A DNA stretch of 63,770 nucleotides, the filler included, from Candidatus Babelota bacterium (GTDB taxonomy: Bacteria; JAGOBX01), in the NCBI GenBank assembly GCA_017999075.1. It is 10 parts of 10 records of this genome, joined end to end, with 100 filler letters (N's around TTAATTAATTAA, not from the genome) between each part and the next. Parts side by side here need not be neighbours in the genome. Positions count along the whole stretch, not along the records: positions 32,171 to 38,446 come from JAGOBX010000221.1; positions 38,547 to 44,809 come from JAGOBX010000222.1; 8 more parts are not named here. The stretch is one strand, 5' to 3'. Shown in pieces: positions 32,173 to 42,625 of this stretch (within the stretch, counting starts at the first letter, position 1; each line of letters begins with the position of its first letter). The notes below the pieces were generated by a model. It ran no database searches, had not been told where the DNA came from, and saw only the letters and a program-made list of their open reading frames with translations. The translations under genes and the position numbers were made by a program.

Positions 32173-33390
32173 GCAAATGACAAAATCATGACTGCAAACA
32201 ACATATTAAAAGTCATTCCTGATTTGACGCGCAAACTTTCCGATTATATTGCTTTTAAAAAAAATAAAATAGATATAATAATTGCTTTCGGATCAGTATC
32301 AGGTATAGCTGCATCAATATTGAAAAAGAAATTAAAGATCCCTTTTATTTTTGTCCCTGAATCTTTCACATACAATTCTATGCTGGACATAAAAATTAAT
32401 TCTAAAAATTGTGATCAGCTTATCAAACGTAATAACTGGCATCTGCAGCATAGCGCTGAAACAGTTTCTATTCTATTCTGTGATTCCATAATCGTTCCAA
32501 TATCAGAAAAAAAAGCAGACCAGATATTCAGCAGTAAGCTGTATAAAGAAATTTACGGGAAAATTAATAACCTGACTAAAATTAATTACGGTGTTAACGC
32601 TGATAATTATGGAATTGAAAAATTTAAAAATCATTATAAGAATAATGATGGAAAACTCGAACTAATAAATCTGATTAAAAGCCGTATAAATCTTGAAAGG
32701 TCGGAACTTCCTTTTATAATTACAGACATAAGCCAAAAAAATAACGATAACGCTTTTAACCTTATCAAAATTTATAATTCTTCCAAAGAACTTCAAAAGT
32801 CAGCAAATCTAATGATTATAGGAAAAATTGACAGCAAACGCCTGATTACAAATTTAAAAAAAAATAATTTAGAAGGCAAATTATGCGTTTTAAAATATTC
32901 AAATTATTATAATGAATTACCTTATATTTTCGGGTATTGCGCAGAAAAAAGATCTATCTTTGTAAATTTCGATTCGACAGAAAACAATATATCAGTTTTA
33001 TCCAACTTAATGACTGCCATGGCTTCAGGAATTGCAGTTATTACTGCAAAAAACGAAAGTATTTCCGAACTTTTAGATTTTAACAGGTATGGTTTAATGT
33101 TTGTTGCTCAAAAACAATCATTAAAAAACATCTTGTATTTTATTAATAAAAAAGAGTTATTTGATACGTATAGAGAAAAATCCGTTAAACGGATAATTGT
33201 AAATTATTCTTGGAATGTTATCGCAAAAAAATATTTAAGAATAATAGAATCCATAGAAAAAAAAGGAAACGCATGTGTTCAGGACATATCTATTCCAAAT
33301 TATTTTGTTAAACAATCTAAACAGGATGATGAGCAAAACATTAAATCGGCTTTTAAAAATATTTTGGTTAATAATAATTTTCAGTTATAA
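32173..33390 (+). CDS. Divergent GT4 / sucrose-phosphate-synthase-like protein, 5'-truncated
   Basis: ERSELPFII, KELQKSANL, AMASG, RYGL, YSW..IAKKYL..IE and IP.YF follow the order seen in bacterial SPS. Confidence 0.7.
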   Translation, partial: ANDKIMTANNILKVIPDLTRKLSDYIAFKKNKIDIIIAFGSVSGIAASILKKKLKIPFIFVPESFTYNSMLDIKINSKNCDQLIKRNNWHLQHSAETVSILFCDSIIVPISEKKADQIFSSKLYKEIYGKINNLTKINYGVNADNYGIEKFKNHYKNNDGKLELINLIKSRINLERSELPFIITDISQKNNDNAFNLIKIYNSSKELQKSANLMIIGKIDSKRLITNLKKNNLEGKLCVLKYSNYYNELPYIFGYCAEKRSIFVNFDSTENNISVLSNLMTAMASGIAVITAKNESISELLDFNRYGLMFVAQKQSLKNILYFINKKELFDTYREKSVKRIIVNYSWNVIAKKYLRIIESIEKKGNACVQDISIPNYFVKQSKQDDEQNIKSAFKNILVNNNFQL

Positions 33391-35410
33391 CTTTAATTAT
33401 CTGCCGGCTGAATCATACGATACTGTAATTATAAAAAAATCCGATACTCTCGAAGTTAAATTTTTTAACGATAATGATTACATATTAGGAATGTCCGGAA
33501 ATATAGAATTAGAATATTCCGGTATAACAATAAATTCCGACAGTATAACTTTCAATCCCGTCACATCTCAAATTTCGTCAAATTCAGTGACAAGATTCAA
33601 ATCTTCTGACTTGGACATTGTTACTGACAAATTCAATTATTATTTAAACTATGATATTAATGAATTATATAACGTCAGCCTTGTTTTTGACAAATGGTTC
33701 ATAAAAGCCGGAAAACTTCAAATTAAAAAAAATATTAAAAACAGTAAACAATCCAATTTTTATACTTTGACAGATGCAAGAATCACAAGTTGTGATTTTG
33801 ATACACCTCATTTTCATATATTTTCAAAAAAAAGTCTTTTGAAACCAGATGAATCTATTTCGTTATATTCTCCTGTTTTTAAAATAGGAAAATTTCCGCT
33901 TCTCTATTTTCCTTACTTGAAAAAAAGGTTGGGCCGAGATGTATTTAAATATGAAGCAGGTTATTCTAAACGTGAAGGAATATTTGCGCTTACCGAATAT
34001 TTTGCCGATCCTTCACCTCCCCTAACTTACAGTATAATAGCCGATTATTATTATTATAGGGGGATCGGAACAGGTTTCAACGCCAAATATGATACAAGCA
34101 ATATTTTCATTTCAGGAAAGTCATATTACATCGCAGAAAAACCTATTATATATAATATAAATACAGGTGAATATTTAAAAACAGGCGGAACAAGAAGAGA
34201 TCGTTGGAAAACAGAATTCGATATAAAAAGCATTATATATAAAAACATTAATATAAGAGGAACAAACAAATATTACTCTGATAACCTTATTGAAAAAGAT
34301 TATAAAGAGCGATGGTCCGGACTTATAATTAATGAATTTAATAATGAATTTGAAATTTCATCTATAACAGAAAATAAAGTTTGGCATTTGATATATGAAC
34401 GTAAAGATTTATGGAATGCAGCTGCAGGCAAATTCAAATACTCATATATAAATTTCCCTGATTTAAGAATTATGTGGAATAGAAAACACTTCAAAAAACT
34501 CGACATATACTTTAAACCTGATATTTCTGTAATATCTAAACATTCAGAAAATTCTGTGCGTAATACCGATTATAACGCTGCCGGATATTTGATAAAAAAA
34601 ATAAACATCAACAAATTATTAAATTTTTCAATAACCGCAGGCCTGAAATTCAATAGAAATGAATATAGCTCTTCGGAGATTTCAAGAGATCACAACAAAT
34701 TAAATTACACTGCTGAGATTTCAAGGTTGGACAACTATAAAAATTATTACAGTTATGCTTCGCATTCATTTGAAAAAATTTTTTATAATGTAAATTCAAC
34801 TCAAGATTTTTTCACAAGCGTTTTAACAAATAAATTAAATTGGGACAATATGTTAATATTTGATAAATCCATGTTATCTTTAATTTCAGGAGTTTCTTTA
34901 AACAACAACAAATATTATTCAAATGCCAAAGAACGGTTTGAAGATGTCAAAATAAACTATTTAATTGAATTTGATTCAGGTTCTTCATTATCAGCAAGCG
35001 CTGATTACAGTATAAAAAAATCGGCAGTTTCAATAAGTTCATTAACTCATATATTTAATTCAAAAAATAACAAATTTTCTCTTACAAACGGATTGAACTA
35101 TGTTAATAAAAACAATGTTGACGGAATCTACCAATGGACATCAGACTTCACATACAATATTTTCAAAGAAAAAACTGCGGAATGGGTCATAAACCTTTCT
35201 CAAACAGTAGATTTGAATTCACGATATCTCAAAACTCAAAATATTAAAATAATCAAAGACTTACACTGCTTTACATCTGAACTTTCTTATAATAAAGCTT
35301 CGAAAAATGATTATTCCATTTTTCTTGTTTTTAATATAAAATCCTATCCAAAACAGGGATTGGGAATACAATATAATTACGCTAATAAGTCTATACGGTT
35401 GAAACAATAA
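33326..35410 (+). CDS. lptD: LPS-assembly protein LptD-like
   Basis: Signal peptide, ITSCD...PHFHI, FKIGKFPLLYFPY, GYS..EG.F, aromatic-rich barrel, KDLHCF near the C-terminus. Confidence 0.75.
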   Translation: MMSKTLNRLLKIFWLIIIFSYNFNYLPAESYDTVIIKKSDTLEVKFFNDNDYILGMSGNIELEYSGITINSDSITFNPVTSQISSNSVTRFKSSDLDIVTDKFNYYLNYDINELYNVSLVFDKWFIKAGKLQIKKNIKNSKQSNFYTLTDARITSCDFDTPHFHIFSKKSLLKPDESISLYSPVFKIGKFPLLYFPYLKKRLGRDVFKYEAGYSKREGIFALTEYFADPSPPLTYSIIADYYYYRGIGTGFNAKYDTSNIFISGKSYYIAEKPIIYNINTGEYLKTGGTRRDRWKTEFDIKSIIYKNINIRGTNKYYSDNLIEKDYKERWSGLIINEFNNEFEISSITENKVWHLIYERKDLWNAAAGKFKYSYINFPDLRIMWNRKHFKKLDIYFKPDISVISKHSENSVRNTDYNAAGYLIKKININKLLNFSITAGLKFNRNEYSSSEISRDHNKLNYTAEISRLDNYKNYYSYASHSFEKIFYNVNSTQDFFTSVLTNKLNWDNMLIFDKSMLSLISGVSLNNNKYYSNAKERFEDVKINYLIEFDSGSSLSASADYSIKKSAVSISSLTHIFNSKNNKFSLTNGLNYVNKNNVDGIYQWTSDFTYNIFKEKTAEWVINLSQTVDLNSRYLKTQNIKIIKDLHCFTSELSYNKASKNDYSIFLVFNIKSYPKQGLGIQYNYANKSIRLKQ

Positions 35411-35416
35411 TTTTTT

Positions 35417-36145
35417 ATGAAAAAAGAACGTCTTGATAAAATACTTTTAGATAAAAAATTTTTCAATTCCAGAACTGAAGCTCAGGGATACATTTTGGCG
35501 GGCAAGGTTCTGGTTAATGAAACTCCCATTACTAAATCAGGAGAAAAAATAGATACTGATTCTGAAATCAGGATAAAAGGGGAATTAAAAAAATATGTAA
35601 GCCGCGGCGGCGACAAACTCGAAATAGCAGTTAATGAATTCAATATTGATTTTACCAACAAGTCAGTTCTTGATATAGGAATTTCAACAGGCGGATTTAC
35701 TGACTGCGCGCTTCAATCAGGCGCTGAATCAGTTACTGGAATTGATGTAGGATATGGTCAGCTTGACATTAAAATAAGAAACAACCCTAAAGTGACAGTT
35801 ATTGAAAAAACAAATGCAAGAACTCTAAATCTAAATAAACAATTTGATATTATTTTATGTGATGTATCGTTTATATCAACAATAAAACTTTTAGACACAT
35901 TTGATTTACATTTAAAACAAAACGGCAGAATGGTTATTTTAATAAAACCTCAATTTGAAGCAGGACAGGAATTTATAGAAAAAGGCGGGATAGTAAAAAA
36001 TCTTGATGTTCACAAAAATGTGCTTGATGAAATAAAAAAAAAATATAATGAAAAAAAATTTGAGCTTACAGGAATTGCAGAATCACGGATTCTTTTTCCA
36101 AAAGGCAACATTGAATATTTAACTTACTGGAAACGGGAAATATGA
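35417..36145 (+). CDS. tlyA: TlyA rRNA 2'-O-methyltransferase
   Basis: S4 domain KERLD, YVSRGG.KL, LDIG.STGGFTD, DVSFIS, LIKPQFE. Confidence 0.96.
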   Translation: MKKERLDKILLDKKFFNSRTEAQGYILAGKVLVNETPITKSGEKIDTDSEIRIKGELKKYVSRGGDKLEIAVNEFNIDFTNKSVLDIGISTGGFTDCALQSGAESVTGIDVGYGQLDIKIRNNPKVTVIEKTNARTLNLNKQFDIILCDVSFISTIKLLDTFDLHLKQNGRMVILIKPQFEAGQEFIEKGGIVKNLDVHKNVLDEIKKKYNEKKFELTGIAESRILFPKGNIEYLTYWKREI

Positions 36146-36822
36146 GAATACTTATTATTGAAGACGATTTAACTCTTGCAGAATTCATAAAAAAAGGATT
36201 AACCGAAGAAGGATATGCTGTAGATATAAATTCAAACGGAGAACATGGATTCAATCTTGCTTTGAATCATGAATTTGATTTGATTATACTTGATGTGATG
36301 CTTCCTTTAAAAGACGGTTTTGAAATCTGCAAATCTATACGTCTGAAAAATAAAACCATTCCGATTTTATTTTTATCTGCCAGAGATGAAACTCAGGATA
36401 TTGTAAAAGGTCTGGATTCTGGCGCAAACGATTATCTTACTAAACCATTTGCATTTCCGGAATTATCAGCTCGTATCAGAGCATTATTAAGAAAGAATAC
36501 TAATCCTGACAACTCAGGAATAATTAAAATAAACGACTTAACTCTCAATCTTTTCACACACAAAGCAGTCCGGGAAGAAAATGAAATAGAATTAACATCA
36601 AAAGAATTTTCTCTGCTCGAATATTTTATGAGAAACCCTGACAGGATACTTACGCGAACTATGATCATTGAACATGTGTGGAATTTTAATTTTGACAATT
36701 TTACAAATGTAATTGACGTATACATAAACTATCTAAGAAAAAAAATTGACGAAGACCACGCTTTTAAAATGCTTGTTACAATCCGCGGGTCTGGTTATAT
36801 GCTAAGGTCGAAACCTCAATGA
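36142..36822 (+). CDS. OmpR-family response regulator (CusR/CzcR-like)
   Basis: ILIIEDD, LDVMLP, GANDYLTKPF, wHTH NVIDVYINYLRKKID...TIRGSGY. Confidence 0.95.
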   Translation: MRILIIEDDLTLAEFIKKGLTEEGYAVDINSNGEHGFNLALNHEFDLIILDVMLPLKDGFEICKSIRLKNKTIPILFLSARDETQDIVKGLDSGANDYLTKPFAFPELSARIRALLRKNTNPDNSGIIKINDLTLNLFTHKAVREENEIELTSKEFSLLEYFMRNPDRILTRTMIIEHVWNFNFDNFTNVIDVYINYLRKKIDEDHAFKMLVTIRGSGYMLRSKPQ

Positions 36823-38198
36823 AATTAACATTTAAACGAAAATTAATATTAATATTATTTTTTATTCTTTCAAGTCTGTTTGTAGTTCAAGTTTTAATTG
36901 TAAACCATTTCACGGAAAAATATGCTATTGAATACGAAAATAATGAAATGAAAGAATATATGGAACTATGTATAAAAATTTATTTCAATGAATTGGAATT
37001 GAATAACACTCCTCAAATTGACATTGAACTTGAACATTTCTATTTTCAAGTCCGGGATGAATCGGATAAAATAATTTACAGTTCTCCCAAAATAAAAATG
37101 ATGAAAACCGAACATTTTACTTTAAAAAATTTGGATAAAAATGAATATTACTATAATGATAAGCTGAACGGCGATTTAGTCAGAATATATGTGGAAAAAC
37201 AATTTTTAAATGGAAAAATTTATAAATTCGTATATTTTATTTCATTAAACGAATATTTGAAATTCGTAAATAAAATAAACGGGTTATTCATTATAATATT
37301 TATTATAGTCATAGTAATACTGTTTTTAATTTCAAATTTTTTTGTTAATAAAGCTTTAAACCCGATTAACCGCATTATAAATGATGTCGAAAAAATAAAT
37401 ATTAAAACTCTTAGCGGAAGAATAAAAAAAGTTGAATCAAATGATATCTTAGAAAACTTAACAACCACATTTAATTATATGATTGAACGTTTGGAAATCT
37501 CATTTAACCGAATTAATGGTTATTTTTCTAATTTTTCTCATGAAATCAAGACTCCTATCTCTGTAATAAAAAACGGAGTTGAACTTCTGCAAAAATCCAA
37601 AAAAAATAATGATGAAGAATCAAATATTTTGTACAGGTTGTCAGAAGAAATAGATGCAGTACAAAGGATGACAGGAGAACTCCTTTTTCTTGCAAAAGCA
37701 GATGCAGAAAATATAAAACTTAATTTTTCAACCATAAAATTGAAAGAATTAATATCTTTCTCAGAAGATATCGGAAAAATCATGACAGACGAAAAAAAAA
37801 TCAAATTCATAATTAATTTTCCTGACACAGAAAATTCAATTTATATTGATGAATTCAAAATAAAACAGGTTATAATAAATCTTTTAAACAATGCCGTTGA
37901 ATATACAAATTCAGGAGAAATATCAATAAACTTTTCTATCGAACACGATTATTTAATTATTTCAGTTTCTGATACAGGTATAGGTATAGATCCTCAAAAT
38001 CTTCCTTATATATTTGAAAGATTTTACAGATGCGATAAAATACGATCTCGTGAAAAACATCATTTCGGTCTTGGATTATCAATTGTAAAAATGATTATTG
38101 AGTTACATAAGGGTTCTATTGAAATCAAATCCATAATTAATAAAGGGACTACTGCAACAATAAAAATTCCTATAGCAAATATTTCTTTCATACAATAA
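36819..38198 (+). CDS. Membrane sensor histidine kinase (HAMP-HisKA-HATPase)
   Basis: Two TMs, SHEIKTP, NLLNNA, DTGIGI, GLGLSI. ATGA overlap with the regulator gene. Confidence 0.95.
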   Translation: MKLTFKRKLILILFFILSSLFVVQVLIVNHFTEKYAIEYENNEMKEYMELCIKIYFNELELNNTPQIDIELEHFYFQVRDESDKIIYSSPKIKMMKTEHFTLKNLDKNEYYYNDKLNGDLVRIYVEKQFLNGKIYKFVYFISLNEYLKFVNKINGLFIIIFIIVIVILFLISNFFVNKALNPINRIINDVEKINIKTLSGRIKKVESNDILENLTTTFNYMIERLEISFNRINGYFSNFSHEIKTPISVIKNGVELLQKSKKNNDEESNILYRLSEEIDAVQRMTGELLFLAKADAENIKLNFSTIKLKELISFSEDIGKIMTDEKKIKFIINFPDTENSIYIDEFKIKQVIINLLNNAVEYTNSGEISINFSIEHDYLIISVSDTGIGIDPQNLPYIFERFYRCDKIRSREKHHFGLGLSIVKMIIELHKGSIEIKSIINKGTTATIKIPIANISFIQ

Positions 38199-38298
38199 TA
38201 AACATTAGAAAATTCTAATCTTATCTTAATGACTTTCTAATACTGTTATGCTATCTTTATATAAATATAGCCGTTTATTTTATTACAGGATATTTCTT

Positions 38299-38446
38299 AT
38301 GAATTTTTTTTTACTATTTTATTCATTTTGGATTTCTTTATTTTCAATAATAAGAATTTATTTTATTATTAATTCCGGATTATTATCATTAGCTCCTAAT
38401 ATATTATTAAAATCATTATTAATCGGATTACGGTTTGATATAGTTG
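38299..38446 (+). CDS. LTA-synthase/sulfatase-family membrane protein, 5' fragment
   Basis: Hydrophobic N-terminus with R..F and the characteristic GLRFD motif. Confidence 0.65.
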
Positions 38447-38671
38447 NNNNNNNNNNNNNNNNNNNNNNNNNNNNNNNNNNNNNNNNNNNNTTAATTAATT
38501 AANNNNNNNNNNNNNNNNNNNNNNNNNNNNNNNNNNNNNNNNNNNNCGGCAGGTTTTTCTTCGCTCAAAACCGCTTCATTGTTTTCTTCAATCGGTTTCA
38601 GAATTTCAATGTGAGTCGGCTCTGGCAAATCTGAATTATCATCTGAAAACTTTGGTTCGATTTTTTCTTCA

Positions 38672-40123
38672 ATGTCGTATTCTGGAAACGATGGAATAAC
38701 AAGTCAATTTATTGAAATATTAAAAAATCCCGTGTTAACTGCAAAAAAAATAACAGAATCCTATAAAATCGAATTTATTTTATGGCTGCTATCATTTTCT
38801 TTTTTTATTCCTTTATTTAATTTTAAAAAATTCTTTATAGTCGGATTATTTTTTGTTTTTTTTGCTTTGATAGAAAGACCGTATATTTTCATGAAAAATT
38901 TTTATTATTTTATGCCTATTGTGCCTGTGATATTCATTGCTTTTGTAGATTCGATTAGAGTTATTGAAATTAAATTTAAACACAGCTGGCTTTATATTAA
39001 TTTAATTTTAATAGCGATATTGATTTATTCAGCATATCCCTATATGAAAAATTTCAGAATAATTACTGATACTTCGGAATATTTTGATTTTCATAATTAT
39101 CCTGATGTAAAAAAAGTTTTGAATCTTGTTAAAAAAGAGCAAAGCGTAATGACAACTACGCGATTTCATTATTATACTTCAAACAGAAAAATTGTTAGAA
39201 ATTTACATTTGTACAATATAGTTGAAGATGTAATAATTCTCGATTTTTCTGAACGCGACTGGTTTTTAATGGCTCCTTCCTCAAACCATAAAATGCTGGA
39301 AATAATTTTTATGAAAAAAATTTCAAAACTGATTGAAGACGAAATTTTTGGAATAAAATTTTTAGAAAAAGATATTGTCCTGTTAGAAAAAAATTATAAA
39401 AATTATGAATATGAGAAAAACGAATTGTTTGATAAATTCGACGATCGTATAAAAAAAAATCTTGTATATGAAAAAAAAGACAATATGATAAATGAAAATA
39501 TTTTGATACCTGTGTATGTTCCGGACAATGAACCATACCTTATTTACAACAATTCTATTAAAAAAATTTCGGGTGATATCATTATTTCATTTTATTTTAA
39601 TTCAAAAGACAGAAATATAAAAGACATATACTATTCTCTCGAAGGTTCTTCTGACACCGGCGGATATGAGATTAAAACAACTTATGGTCAATCCATTTAT
39701 ATTTTAAATGAATTTATAAAGTTTAATGATTTGGAATTAAAGAATGGAATGAGAAAACTTGAAATAACTGTTCAATGCGAAAATGATTCATTATACAAAA
39801 CTTCAATTCCGATTTTATTTGATCTGACTCCTCCGGATTTAAAAATTGAAAACAGCAATATTTTTTATGAAGATAGTTCTCCTGTTGAAATAAAAGTAGA
39901 ATTATATGATGGGAAAATCAAATACCTTACTTCCTGTATGATGAAAAATGAAAATCCTTTTGCAGATAAATTGTTTAATAAAACTAATGATATGGCATAT
40001 CCGGTGTTTCTACATTATCAATTAAAATCAAAAGGAAATTTATGCATTAAAAAAGAAAAAGTAATGAAGATTATCGCTTCAGATATTGCCGGAAACATAA
40101 CTGAAATATTGCTTAACCAATAA
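38672..40123 (+). CDS. DUF2079-like membrane protein, C-terminal half with an extracytoplasmic extension
   Basis: ILKNP, three to four TMs, YYFMPIVPVIFIAF, then a soluble region. The N-terminal TM half appears to be missing. Confidence 0.55.
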   Translation: MSYSGNDGITSQFIEILKNPVLTAKKITESYKIEFILWLLSFSFFIPLFNFKKFFIVGLFFVFFALIERPYIFMKNFYYFMPIVPVIFIAFVDSIRVIEIKFKHSWLYINLILIAILIYSAYPYMKNFRIITDTSEYFDFHNYPDVKKVLNLVKKEQSVMTTTRFHYYTSNRKIVRNLHLYNIVEDVIILDFSERDWFLMAPSSNHKMLEIIFMKKISKLIEDEIFGIKFLEKDIVLLEKNYKNYEYEKNELFDKFDDRIKKNLVYEKKDNMINENILIPVYVPDNEPYLIYNNSIKKISGDIIISFYFNSKDRNIKDIYYSLEGSSDTGGYEIKTTYGQSIYILNEFIKFNDLELKNGMRKLEITVQCENDSLYKTSIPILFDLTPPDLKIENSNIFYEDSSPVEIKVELYDGKIKYLTSCMMKNENPFADKLFNKTNDMAYPVFLHYQLKSKGNLCIKKEKVMKIIASDIAGNITEILLNQ

Positions 40124-40141
40124 AGGTTTGACAGAATTATT

Positions 40142-41131
40142 ATGATTTGTTTAATAATTAAAAACAAAAAATTGCAAAAAATTAAAAATATTTTTTTTAT
40201 AATTTTTTTGATTGTAAATATTTTTGATTTTTGTTACAGTTCAGAATTTTTGACCAGCAATTCAATGCCTGCAGCAATTCTTTCAGCAAATAAGACAAAA
40301 GCATTGATTGGCGACACGATAGTTTTAAAATTAAATATAAAATTCGCTGAAAACATAGATGAAATCAATCCTGTGTTTCCTGAAAAAAAAATAGGTGTTT
40401 TTGATATTTACGATATTCAAACTGTATATGAATCAAAAACGTCGAAAACATTCACAATTGTAATTGCTCCATTTCATATTTCTGAAACAAGTGCAGTTAT
40501 ACCTCCGATAAATGTTGAATACAAGAACAAAGACAATAGAAAAACCGGCGTTATTAGTTCGAACAGCATTCAAATTGAACTTGAAGACATTAAATTTGAC
40601 TCTAAAAAATGGATTAAAAACCTGGAAAAACCTGTATTAAAAAAATATGATTATTCTGGAATTATTGTTGTTTTAACAATAATTTTTATTCTGATTTTTT
40701 TTGTCATAATGGTAAGATATATTTTAAAAAAAAGAATGGGAATCGAAAAAAAATATTCTTATCCCGAAGAAGAATACAGTACAGACAAAATAATAGAGTT
40801 ATGTATTAAGGAACTTGAAAAAATAAAAAATAGGCGGGTAATGGATATATCAGACTATAAACTTGCGGCATTTGACCTGTCATTTTTATTGAGAAAATTA
40901 TTAAGTGGTTTTTTTAAGACTGATTGTATGGAATTATCAAATTCTGAACTGAAAATTAAGTTTGAACAATATTCGTTTTCAAAAAAATATTTGTTTTTTG
41001 AAATATTGGATGAACTTGAAACCATAAAATTTTCTTCAAATTTTAGTGCAGACACTGTTAAAATTAAACAGATTTTTGATAATTCATTTATTGCAATCAG
41101 TTCTTTAAAAGGCATAAAAAATGAAAGCTGA
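40142..41131 (+). CDS. BatD-like protein (Ig-like domain, TM, helical C-domain)
   Basis: Signal peptide, IGDTIVLKL, IPPINVEY, one TM, LS..LR..L...F...E.S..EL, KFS. Confidence 0.6.
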   Translation: MICLIIKNKKLQKIKNIFFIIFLIVNIFDFCYSSEFLTSNSMPAAILSANKTKALIGDTIVLKLNIKFAENIDEINPVFPEKKIGVFDIYDIQTVYESKTSKTFTIVIAPFHISETSAVIPPINVEYKNKDNRKTGVISSNSIQIELEDIKFDSKKWIKNLEKPVLKKYDYSGIIVVLTIIFILIFFVIMVRYILKKRMGIEKKYSYPEEEYSTDKIIELCIKELEKIKNRRVMDISDYKLAAFDLSFLLRKLLSGFFKTDCMELSNSELKIKFEQYSFSKKYLFFEILDELETIKFSSNFSADTVKIKQIFDNSFIAISSLKGIKNES

Positions 41132-41172
41132 TTATTTTATTCAACTTATTTTTTGAATTTTCAAATATCATA

Positions 41173-41200
41173 TTGACTTTACTTAAATTGTTATTAAAAT
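41173..41200 (+). promoter_or_regulatory. sigma70-type promoter for ugd
   Basis: TTGACT-16 nt-TAAAAT, followed by a short GGATTTT/AAAATCC hairpin at about 41225-41239. Confidence 0.45.
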
Positions 41201-41285
41201 AAATTAGTTTTTTAATAAAATAACAGGATTTTAAAAATCCCGTTGTTTTAATTTTGTTTTTCAAATCGTAGGGGGATATATTGAA

Positions 41286-42608
41286 ATGAAAAAAGTTTGC
41301 GTTATTGGATCGGGATATGTAGGTCTTGTTGCCGGCGCATGTATTTCAGAACTCGGAGCTACAGTAATATGCGTAGATAAAGATAAAGATAAAATTGAAA
41401 AACTTAAAAAAGGAATAATCCCGATTTATGAACCTGGTCTTTCTGAACTTGTAGAAAGAAATGTAGAGGAAAAACGGCTTTATTTCACCAATAATCTGAA
41501 AGAATCTGTAAAAGAATCTGAAATAATATTTATTGCAGTAGGAACACCTCCTCAAGAAGATGGTTCGACTGATTTAAATCATGTTTTAAATGCTGCTCAG
41601 GATATAGCAGAAAGCATGAACGGTTATAAAATAATTGTTATAAAAAGCACTGTTCCTGTCGGAACATCGGATCTTGTAAAAAAGAAAATAAAATCAATAA
41701 CCAGCATAAAATTTGATATAGTTTCAAATCCTGAATTTTTGAAAGAAGGAGATGCAATAAAAGATTTTATGCGGCCTGACAGAATAGTTATAGGTGTAGG
41801 CAATGAAAAAACTGCTGATATAATGAAATCCTTATATTCGCCTCTTGTTAGAACGGGTGCTCCGATTATTGTGATGGATAATAAAAGCGCAGAAGTGACC
41901 AAATATGCCTCAAACGCATTGCTTGCTACCAAAATATCATTTATGAATGAAATAGCAAATTTTTGTGAAAAAGTCGGGGCTGACGTTTCGCTTGTCAGGG
42001 CAGGCGTAGGTTCTGACAGCAGAATAGGAAAAAGTTTTTTATTTCCAGGATGCGGATATGGGGGGAGCTGTTTTCCTAAAGACATAAAAGCTCTGATTAA
42101 GACAGCCGAAGAACATGGAATAAAAATGAAAGTAATAAATTCTGTGGAAGAAGTTAATGATGAACAGAAAAAAATTATGATCCCGAAAATAGAATCTGAA
42201 TTGGGTAAAGACTTATCTAAAAAACATATAGCTATCTGGGGATTGTCTTTTAAAGCAAGAACCGATGATATGCGTGAAGCCTCATCCATAGTTATCATAA
42301 AAGAATTATTGAACCGCGGCGCAAAAATATGCGCGTATGATCCTGAAGCAATTGGAGAAGCAAAAAAAATATTCAAAAATCAAATTGCCTATGCTGAAAA
42401 TCAGTATGAAGCCATTAAAAATGCAGATTGTCTTGTGATTGTAACTGATTGGAATGAATTCCGGCAGCCTGATTATGACAGAATGCAGAAACTTTTAAAA
42501 AATAAGATGATATTTGACGGCAGAAATCTTCTGGATATTGAAGAGTTAAAATCCAGAAATTTTACTTACTACAGTATCGGGTTGAAACCTGTTATAGCAG
42601 CAAGATAA
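41286..42608 (+). CDS. ugd: UDP-glucose 6-dehydrogenase
   Basis: GSGYVGL, AVGTP, KSTVPVG, SNPEFLKEG, GYGGSCFPKD, TDDMRE, FDGRN. Confidence 0.96.
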   Translation: MKKVCVIGSGYVGLVAGACISELGATVICVDKDKDKIEKLKKGIIPIYEPGLSELVERNVEEKRLYFTNNLKESVKESEIIFIAVGTPPQEDGSTDLNHVLNAAQDIAESMNGYKIIVIKSTVPVGTSDLVKKKIKSITSIKFDIVSNPEFLKEGDAIKDFMRPDRIVIGVGNEKTADIMKSLYSPLVRTGAPIIVMDNKSAEVTKYASNALLATKISFMNEIANFCEKVGADVSLVRAGVGSDSRIGKSFLFPGCGYGGSCFPKDIKALIKTAEEHGIKMKVINSVEEVNDEQKKIMIPKIESELGKDLSKKHIAIWGLSFKARTDDMREASSIVIIKELLNRGAKICAYDPEAIGEAKKIFKNQIAYAENQYEAIKNADCLVIVTDWNEFRQPDYDRMQKLLKNKMIFDGRNLLDIEELKSRNFTYYSIGLKPVIAAR

Positions 42609-42625
42609 ATTATTGGAGAAGACAA

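Noticed and set aside
41624-42376. 250-aa minus-strand ORF and other shadow ORFs (e.g. 4351-4770, 11718-12164, 56116-57345, 61597-61785)
   Set aside because: They are antisense or out-of-frame shadows of well-supported genes, with no motifs of their own.
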